64,000 nucleotides of DNA from Chrysomallon squamiferum. Its lineage: Eukaryota; Animalia; Mollusca. Positions 39,099-50,025 of this stretch are shown one piece after another (positions within the stretch are counted from its first letter, which is position 1; every line of letters begins with the position of its first letter). A program made the position numbers and the translations under genes. The stretch is taken from positions 5,146,001 through 5,210,000 of the forward strand of contig CM022674.1 of assembly GCA_012295275.1 (NCBI GenBank). Reading direction: 5' to 3'. The notes below the pieces were generated by a model, which was given only the letters and a program-made list of their open reading frames with translations, was not told the DNA's origin and searched no databases.

Positions 39099-42000
39099 CC
39101 ACCTCCACCTCCTCCTAATCCCCCACTTTACCAAACCATTCCCCAACATTCGCAGCTCGGGATAGCAAACTGTGATGACGATTACGGTGAAAATGCTAGC
39201 CTACATGGAGGCAAAATCTCACTGAACCCTTCAAACAACATGGAAGGTGGCATTGGATCGAAAGACATGTCCGCAATGAGCCAGATGGTGATGACCGACC
39301 GAAATTCGAACAACAGTCTTCAGTCCATGATGGACAACGTGAAATTCGACGAGTGTTCGGTTCCCAGCATGAACGCTCACCGGTCATCCGATCATTCAGG
39401 CATGGTCCCGATTGCCAAGGACAATTCTGTTAGGTACAACTGTGATAATCTGGAAGGCAGCTTTTCCTCAATCCCAAGTTCTGATCTCAATCTTGACTAC
39501 CTGCTTGACCTGCCCGACCTCGACTGCTCCGACCTTGCCGGAACTGTTGGGGGCGATGCGGAGAATATCGAACCCTTGAATCTCGACGCCTGTGATATCC
39601 CACGCGCTGTTGACGGTGTCGTTGCCACGTCGCTGGCTGATGACGTTGCAAACACCTCCAGTGTCTGTAACAGCATGGACAGCATAATGTCGTCACACTG
39701 TTGCGTAGAACAGATTATTGGTTGCGCGAACGTGCATGAACAGTCAACGACAGCAACAGCAACAACAGCAGCAGCAGCATCAGTGTCACAGAGTTCAGCA
39801 GCAGTATAAGACGATCCAGTCGTGTCCAAATGGTTGCATGTTTCAGCAGCAGCAGCAGCAACAACACCATCATCATCATCATCATCAACAACAACAACAA
39901 CAGAATGAACAGCTTCATGACAAGGTTGCTCATCAACCTGTTTGCAGCTGTGTTTCTCAGCAGCAGATGGGGGCACATCACCAACCACAGCAACAGCAAA
40001 TAGGGCAACAGCATTGCAGTGGAATGACATCACAGTGCTGTGGGTCACATCAGAACCATGATAACATCACATGCACTTCAATGTCGGTTGCCAAGGAAAC
40101 AAATGGAAATGAGTCTAGGCGTAATTCGTTAATGCTGGTCATATCTGATTATTCACCTGACTGGGGTTACACCCAGGTAAAATTTATTTGTTACCCTCAT
40201 TAGCAAGTTATTGTAATCTGAAAATGTGTCCAAATTATATGCATATAAAATTTTTGATATATTATTTTCTCTAGATGTTTCCTAATTGAACTATTAAATG
40301 AATATACGGAGTAAATTAAAAAAAAAAAAAAAAAAAAATTATATTTTTATTTTATATTAAAATGAGAAATTAGTAAAATGGTATAAGTAATTTGTTAAAC
40401 AGTGTGAATTTATCAACAAAATCGTATATGCATTTGCTGTTTTTATTGTTATTCTTTCTTTCATTTTTTGCTTTATTTATTTATTTATTTATTTATTTAA
40501 ACAACGATTGTTTTAACTTTATCAATAAATGTGGGTTTTGGTGTTGTTGTTTTTTCAAGGGTGGAACCAAGATACTAGTCACAGGGCCATGGTACTCAGC
40601 TGACTCAAGATACACCTGTCTGTTTGATTGGAAGAGTGTACCTGCCACTTTCATTCAACCTGGTGTCCTTCGATGTTACACACCAGGTGAGAGAAAGACA
40701 GACAGACACACAGATAGACAGGCAGACACACAGATAGACAGGCAGACACACAGATAGACAGACAGACAGAAAAAGATAGATGAAGATACATGTATATTAA
40801 GCATTGTTAAAAAAAACACAACACTTAATGATTAATTCTTAGTTGGGCCTACATTTGCCATATTATTGGGGCCTAATGCCTGTTTTGGATGTTTGCATGT
40901 GTTTTAAATGTTTATACTTTTGTTGGTAATACAAGTATGAATATATTTTTAAAATTACTCATACTTATTGGATATTGGTTAAAAATTTACCTTTATAAAG
41001 GTCATTATTATTTTTTTACTGAAGGATAACAATTTATTATTTAAAACTTAATTAATGGGATGCCGCTGTTATTTTTTTATCACTTTTATATGAATCCAGT
41101 ATTTATTTATTAAAATGAACTTGTATAAATTGTGGTTGTATTGTTTTCGTTTTCTTTAATATCCCCTATTTTAATAAAATAGCACAGTTATTATCGATAA
41201 AGAAAGAAAATTTTAATAACTGGAGATATATTTAAAAATCCTGATAAACAATGCAACCACACATTATTTTAGTATTTAAAACTGCAGAGATACATATAAA
41301 TAAAAAATGAAAAAAGAAATATTTATTCTTTATCATTTATAACAATGGTATTTTCATTCATTATTGATAATGACAGTGATATATTTAGTATGTAATTCAT
41401 AAATTGATTGTGTTTTACTTGTAGCTCATGAAGCTGGTGTGGTAGCCCTCAATGTTGCCTGTGATGGTTACATCATATCCAACAGTGAGTTTTTCGAGTT
41501 CAAGGCAAAGGATGATGCTGAAACAAAAGATTCAGTTCCAGAATGGTTTTCAATGACAGGTAAGAAATAATAATAATCCTAATCATACTAATGATAATGA
41601 CAATGAAAATAATGAAAGTAATAATGATAATAATAGTAAATAATGATTATAATAATAAAATAAAGGTTTGTGAACTATGTTATTTTTATTGTATCTAATG
41701 ATGATAAAGTAATAACTATTTATACATAGTTTTGATTAGATTATTTGATGTGTTGAGATATAATAAGCTTTAAGTAGGTTTTGTTGTCATGCAAGTGTGT
41801 GTGTGTGTGTGCATGCGTGTTTGTGAATGTGAGAGAGAAAAAAAGGAAGAACCATTATCTAAATGACTAAAAACTAAAGTTTAAAAACATCTAAAAAGCT
41901 GTAGATCTTGAGCATTACTATCATTATTGTTATTATTTATTTATTTTTAAGTTTATGTTTGTACTACATATTATTATATAAATTTTGTATTCAAGGATCT

Positions 42001-45000
42001 CAGCTGAAAGGTTTATTGGTTGATCGGTTGCAGCAGTTGGAAAAAAGATTGTCACCTGGTGATAAGAACAGTACACCTATTTCATTACAGGTGAGTGTTT
42101 AAACACCTTGTATTTAAGAAAGTCAGTTGTGTTATAAATGTTGTGTTATAATGTTTAGGATGTTGTCATGTAGTCAGTTTTTCTTTTATTCACTGGAGGT
42201 ATTTAAAAATCATCCAATTTCAGAGTCATGTAAATCAAGTAAATAGATCACTATAATGTTTAGGATGTTGTTGGACAGTCAGTTGTTCATTTATCCTTAC
42301 TGGTATATTTAAAAAACATCCAATTTCTGAGTCGTATAAATTGAGTAAATAGATCACTATAATGTTTAGGATGTTGTCAGACAGTCATTTGTTCATTTAT
42401 CCTTACTGGATGTATTTAAAAATAATCTAATTTCAGAGTCATGTAAATCAAGGGCCAGAAGAAGACGAACGACAGATTGTCCACTACACTGACCAGCTGG
42501 CCAGTAGGGACTGGCTCAATCTCACTTACCCAAAGGCTGGTCACTGTGGAATGACCCTGCTTCATCTTGCAGCTGCTCTCGACTATGCTAAACTGATTAG
42601 CATGTTCATAAAGTGGAGGTATGTACTATCTTGTTGCAATATATTTAATGAACGATTGCTGATGTATAATACTAATTTGTCTCTACCAGTTTCTGAACTT
42701 TCAAGTACTTTGGTAATAGATTCCTAAAGCATTAATATTTTGTATTGGTTACGTAAATTTGTCAAAAAACTAGATGTTGAAAACTGGTTGTGTAAATTTG
42801 TTGTCAAACCACATGTTGAAAAGCTGCTTCTGTAAAACTGATTGTGTAATTTTGTTATCAGACTAGTTGTTCAAAGTTGGTTGTGTAAATTTTTGTCACC
42901 AAAACACATGTTAAAATTTTATAAAATTGATTGAAATAAGTAATATATATATATATATTTTTTTTTTATTTAAATGTTTTTTTATTTTTTAAAGAATAAC
43001 AGAAGAATATTCATTTTAGTTGTATTTTGGAGGAGATTTTTTTTTCTTTTTTCTTTTCTGAAATCATTTTTCTGTTGCTACAGGGCAGATAGACCAAGTC
43101 CTGTGTTGGAATATGAAGTTGATGCACACTGTGTTGATAACTACGCGTGTACACCACTGGTAGGTCCAACCTCTTTATTTTATTTTTCCAGCATAATATT
43201 TTAAGCAGTCTCAGATATTGGATTCATTTTGCATCTTTAATTATTATTGAAATATGCTACATTAATTTTGTTTATTGGTATATTATGATTTTTGATATTT
43301 TAATAAAATTTGTATTTTCTCTGGTTGTATTGTGTTGTTTATCTTTGTTGTTTTTAGCACCTAATGTAATAACATTTTTTATTTTATTTTTTTTTTTTTA
43401 CCTAAGATGTGGGCTTGTGCAAAAGGAAACATTGATGCAGCATTAACTTTGTATCACTGGAACCCAGGTCCACTCAACATCTGCAACAAGGATGGTCATC
43501 TGCCACTGACTGTTGCCAGAAAGAAAGGTCACTACAACCTGACCAATCAGATAGAGCAGCTGGAGCAGAACCGCGTGCACACATCGTCGTCGTCATCGTC
43601 ATTCCAAGCGGTCACTCAGACCACATTCACAACGTCCACTCCACTGAGTTACCCACCCCTCGACAGCCCCTCCCTGTTTTCCACTTCCCAGGGGTCTGCT
43701 AGCGAGGACGAAAAAAACACCGACATACCACACTCTCCCCCGCCATTCCCCACCGACATAGTGACCTCCTCTCCCTCATTCCCCACCGACAGCCGATTGG
43801 TCAGGCGGCTGAGCGAGCAGGTGATTGGCTCGTCGCATCGACCAATCAGCAAGCGCTACTCTGTGGACATACTGCCATCGGGGGCAGAGTTTGACGAACC
43901 CTCACTGAAGAATGGTGACAGGAGGCGGACTGTCCGAGAGGCCAACTCTGAACCGAGGCTGACCTTTGTCACTGACCAATCGGTGGCAGACGCAGAGGCG
44001 GGGCTTTCTGTCACACACAGAGATGTGGACCTGCCTGATTTTATGATGCAGTCTGATGCAATCCTGCAGTTAGTGGATGATGACGCACAGCACAAAGAAT
44101 CTGACAGACTTGTACAGATGGATACAGGTTTGTTTTTACATTATTAAATACTATTTTGTTATTGCTAAATACTGTATTTTTTGTTATTATTATTAAATAC
44201 TCTTTTATTATTATTTTTAAATAATGTTTTTATTATTATTATTAAATACTATTTTTATTATTATTATTAAATACTGTTTTATTATTATTATTAAATACTA
44301 TTTTATTATTGTTTTTAAATAATGTTTTTTTTATTAGTAAATACTGTTCTTTTATTATTGTAAAAAATTAGAATTTACAACAATGTTTCTCAAATATACA
44401 CGTTTATAAATAGTCACAATGCAAAAAAGAAGAAGAAATAATTACAGTTCATATAAAATACACTGAAGCATGATTAAGCAATTTTATCTACCTAACTACA
44501 TACCTATCTGTCTAGATTTATCTACCTGTCTGTCTATCATATATGTAAAACCATTTAAGATTTAATAACAGAATGTGTTAAGATTTATGAATTATTTTAT
44601 ATATATAAAAAAAAAGATAATAATAAAATAAAATAAAATAACAATAAATAAAGTCAGTTTGTTACCTGATAATCATATATGCTTTGGTTGTTTAATAAAA
44701 GAAGACTTTGTTATAAGTCATGAGAAGGTTCAGTTGAATTGTGCGGGAAAAAAAAAAATATATATTTTCTAGATGACGTGTCATCAGTGAGAAGTGACAA
44801 CTCGTTTGTCGATGTGGAGAAAGTGTCGTCAGATGAAGAAAATGAAAACAAAACAGCCTCTGCCTCAACTTCAGTTGAACCAGGTGAGATTATTACTTTA
44901 CAATGACCATCAGAAACTAACTTTAAAAAAAAATTAGTAATTTTATTATTGTTGTTGTTTTATTAATGTTATTATTGTTATTGTTGTTGTTGTTGTTATT

Positions 45001-46431
45001 AATTAATAGTAATATTAAAATCTTTAAATTTTTTATATTACTCTTATTGCTACTGCTTCTGCTACAACTATTACTATTAGTGTTGCTGCTACTACTACAA
45101 CTACCACTATTACTATTATTACTGATGTTGCTATTGATACTGCTGCTAATTACACATAGTTACTTATAGCAGTAATAACAGTAAATATTATTTTGTTTTA
45201 TTGTTAAAAAAAAGTTTTATTTCTATTGGTGTCCATATCTTTAAAAAATATTTTGAAATCTGGAAACTGGATGTGCATGAATTAGAAACTTGATTTTAAT
45301 ACACAAAAATTTGCATTATTACTTCCAGTATTGTTTAAAACAAGTTTCATTTGAATTACACAGAAATATCTTATCTGTTTTCTGAATTATTATCACCTAA
45401 CCTACTTAACTGTTCTCTGCATTATTATCATCTTATCTACTTACCTGTTCTCTGTATTATTATCACCATCATCATCTTATTGGTTTTCTGTATTATCATC
45501 ACCAAATCTATTATCTGTATTATAAATCATTACCTTACAAGTTAACTACAATATCATCATCACCTTCCCAATTAACTACATTATTTTTAATCATCTTTTT
45601 AAAAACAAAACAAAAATTCTCTTTAAAGGTTCCGACACATTCGAGTCTAAAAACCAGATAGTTAGCTTGGCCAACCAGATAATAGCCGCAGAATTTCGGA
45701 GAGTTTCAAAAAAAAAAAGTTAATTGGTTGTCAGAGGTAAATGAGTCAGGTATTTTTGAATCACAGGGGTCACCACAGACGTCATTCGGCGACGACTCAG
45801 GTATCTCAACACCGATGACTGACAGTCTGGCTTTTGACGAGTACAGGTACGTACGTGTGTTAATTATCAAGTTTCAGAGTTTCTCCGTGTTTTAAAAATT
45901 TTAAAAGTTAATGATTGTTTTGTATATTAGTCAGGTACTTTGAATATGATGCAGAAAAGAAGGTATCTGGGGGGTTAGAATATTGGTTATTATTAAATTA
46001 TTATTGTTGTTGTTTTAAGAATAATAATAATCTTGTCAGTTAATGACTGTTTTCAGCAGTAATACTGTGATTAGCATCACAACCACCATCTTTTCCAACA
46101 TCTCTTAATATTAATACTACTGCTATTACTACTTCACTGTAACTACTACTACAATTATTACTACTACTATAACTGCTACTGTTTTTGCTATTACTAATAC
46201 CATTACCATTATTACTACACTACTACTATTGCAGTATTACAACTACTACTGATACTATTGCGTCTAGTGATGCTATAACCACTATTACTGCAAATTCTTC
46301 TTTTTATGCTACTGCTACTACTACAATTACCACTACTATTTATACTTACTACTGCTACTCCTATTGCTCCTACTAATTCTGATTACTACATCTTCAGTTA
46401 GTACAGCCACTACTACTACTATTACTACTAT

Positions 46432-46486
<55 letters not shown>

Positions 46487-46907
46487 GCTATTATTGTTAT
46501 TTACAGATATACAGATTTAGGGACCCCAGCCTCCTCACTCAGTCCTGAGTCGACATGTCTGCCTAGTCCTTACAGTCCTTACAGCTTCACCATCGATTCC
46601 CCTCCCCCCACCACAGAGGACTTCACGGAGTACTTCAACGCTCCCACAACCTTCATGGAGAAAGACTTCTCCCAGCTCACACTATCAGGTGAGTTACTCA
46701 CACCTTTCTAGTACCTTTCTAAATATATGTGTGTAATTTGTATATAAGCAGAAGAAAATTTATGACCGTGCATTCATGTAGCAACAGAATAAAAATGGTC
46801 CAAAATGTAATTTGGATATAAAGAGACAGGTGTTACAAAAACATGACAAGCAAATGTACATTCATACATACAGTGAGGTACACAGAAAGAATGACATATG
46901 ATATACA

Positions 46908-46960
<53 letters not shown>

Positions 46961-47154
46961 ATGTATAGACATACAGACATAAGCTGAAAGACACACAAAA
47001 AAATAAACAAATACTCAAACATACAAATGCACATAAACATATATAGTATACTGAAATGCTTGGTAATAAATACTCACAGACAGATGTACACACACACACA
47101 CACACACACAAACACAGATACACAAGCACACACTCATGCATATGCACACATACT

Positions 47155-47215
<61 letters not shown>

Positions 47216-49994
47216 TTAGAAACGTGGACAAAATACCTGGTTACGCTTTGTGACGTTTTTTTTTTATTTCTGCTAATGTTCACAGATCAGGAACAGCGGA
47301 AGCTATATGCAGCAGCAAAGGTGATACAGCATGCCTACCGCCACTACAGGGACAAACAGCAGCAGCAGCAACAACAACAGCAACGCACAAAGGAGATTGA
47401 GGCTGCTATTCTTATTCAGAGTTATTATAGGCGATATAAACAGGTTTGGACATTGACACGGAAAAAAAATAAAATAAAAAGAGTAGTTAAATTAAGCATT
47501 TTGTTTTAGCAATTAAGCATCATGGAAATGGTAACGTACAACTGTGATGCTAAATAACTAAACAACAGAATTTCTTAGTAAGATTGATTTATTAGCTATA
47601 AAATGAATATAAGAAATTAACACTTTGAATGGTGTAATTTTAAAGAGGTTATTTTTGAAACATTTGTCAACTTTTTTGAAATTGTAGTCAGTCTCTCAAG
47701 TTCCGATGAATGGCAGAAATTCACGATTATTGGCTTGGTAGATTGTCTGTAACTTTGCTTACATAAATAAAAAAAAACAATAAATAAATTAATAAATCTA
47801 AAAATTAAATAAATTTTAGAAAATGAATAAACAAATAAATAAATAAATAAACAAATAAATAAATAAATAAATAAATGCAAATTTGGTAATTCCAAAATCA
47901 AAATAAACAGAAATAATATTGACAGTCTGTGACAATTACATCTTTATGTTTTTTTTTTAAAGTATGCCTATTTCAAGAAGATGACCCAGGCTGCAGTTCT
48001 AATACAGAACCAGTTCCGCAGTTACTATGCTCAAAAACGTCTGAAAAAGTCGCGTGACCCTGCCGCAGGTCTCCAAACTCGACCTGGGTCAGAACGACTT
48101 AAGAAAGGTCGCAACCAGTCAGTCATTATACAGCAAAGGTTCAGGTAAAATGTTTGTTTTTTTGTTTTTTTATATATATTTAATGATATTTCTAAAGTAT
48201 CAGAAATTGTTGGAGTTTTGTTTTTGTAATGTAAGGATCATTCTGCATTACAAGTTTATTCCCACTGGTAGCTGAGGTGTTTGGGTCTTAAGATTGGTAA
48301 CACACTCAACAAAAATATCAAATTTTGCATGGGGTCCTATTTCCAAAAGTATTGATCCACTGAAAATAAAATTTAATATATAGGCATTTCAAACCAAATC
48401 AGACTTGTGTAAGTAAACGTTTTTCAAAGTCTGAATTGGCCAGGTTACATTCATTTGGAAAATTGTCAGGCAGTGACCCTATAAAAACATCAAATAACAA
48501 AATAATAATAATATAGTTATAATTTTTAAATACATCCTTAGGAAAACCTAGCAAGTATACATTGACTGGAATGCAAAAAAATATCAAAATTAAGATTCAT
48601 TTGAACAAAACTTGACAGATGCATCCATTGGTTCATTATAATTATTATGTTAAGAAACTAATGTGTGAAATTGAGTGACTTTTAACACTAAAATGTATTG
48701 TCAAATTTTTAATGATGTTTTTATTAGGAGTCACTACAAGCGAAAGACAGAAAAGGAATGCAGAGCTCTGGGAACAGATGCTACAGACAGGTGAGAATAA
48801 ATTAATTAACTTACCTGATTTACCTTGTTACATCTTTGTTATTATTACACCTGGAAGAACAAAACTTCATGAAGTCAAGTTTCATGAGTTTTTATTATTT
48901 TTTTTTTAATGTTTGCTTACTATTTCTTGCAATTTTTATACATAAAGAGAGCTAGAGAGATACACACACACACACAGATAATTTCTAAATGGTATTAATA
49001 GTATTAAAAAGAAAAGGAAATTTATGCTTCAAAAATTAAAATTTTACTTTTGGCTCATGTATTAATTGTGCAGATGTACCAATGCATTTCCATACAATTT
49101 ATATTTTTGAAAACTGACCGACTTTATTGAATTAGTGTGTTGTAAGTAAACATAAGTAAGAAAACAAAAATGACTTCATAAAACACTGTAAAGATATCAT
49201 CTTGGATGTTATTATTATGAAAGGATGACAGAATGAATCATCACACTGGAGTTAACAAAATGTATTTAGGTTTTTTTTTTTATATATATTATTGAACGTG
49301 CACATTACAGTGCACATTTTACATATTCATTTCATTTCATTTTTTTTTTTTTTTTGAGAAATTGAGAATTCACTGAATTGCATAAAATGTACTAAAAACA
49401 AAAAAATTGGTTTAGAAATTAGAGTTCATGGCAGGTTTGTCCACAGGATTTTATGATACATTTTCTTGATCTTTTGAAAAAAAAGAAAAAATGAAAGAAA
49501 AAAACCCTTCTATCTTATTCTTTTTTGTTTCTTTTTCCTTACTAATCTCTTTTTTTTTCTTCTCTATCTTGTCCTTCTTTTGAAAAAAAAAAAAAAAAAA
49601 AAGGTAATAATAATAAATAATAATTGATGCTTACAAATCAATGATAACATTTTTCTCCTATTTTCATAAAATACAACATTACTAGTAAATCGTATGTGAT
49701 GGCTACAAAATGTCTGCCCCTTCCTCTTTTTTTTTTTTCTTTTTCATTTTTCCCTGTCTTTTATTTTAACAGTGTCAAGACTAATAAAAAATCACCTCTA
49801 AAAAAAAATAATAAAAAAATCCTGTGAGTGGGCCTGTCATTGTTTGTTAATAACTGATATGAAAATATGGCTTTATCTACATTCATGCTCTCAGAGATAT
49901 GTGGAAACTGGTGCATATCACCAGGGTATGTACTTGTAATGTGAGACTTCTTGCATGTTTTTTTATTTTTTTTATTGTATCTTTATTTATCTAT

Positions 49995-50025
<31 letters not shown>

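Noticed and set aside
38929-40048. Alternative-frame and antisense ORFs over the large CAMTA exon (e.g. 39497-40048 minus, 183 aa)
   Set aside because: Shadow ORFs expected in GC-richer, repeat-coded exon sequence; no recognisable product
43649-44095. Antisense ORFs within the CAMTA ankyrin/linker exon
   Set aside because: Shadows of the plus-strand coding sequence
39709-45770. Idea that the two +1 discontinuities make CAMTA a pseudogene or reveal a shared programmed-frameshift system
   Set aside because: All other exons, splice sites and motifs are intact. The two sites share no slippery motif, and the second matches nearby intron sequence, so assembly error is more parsimonious. Each site is kept as a separate finding.
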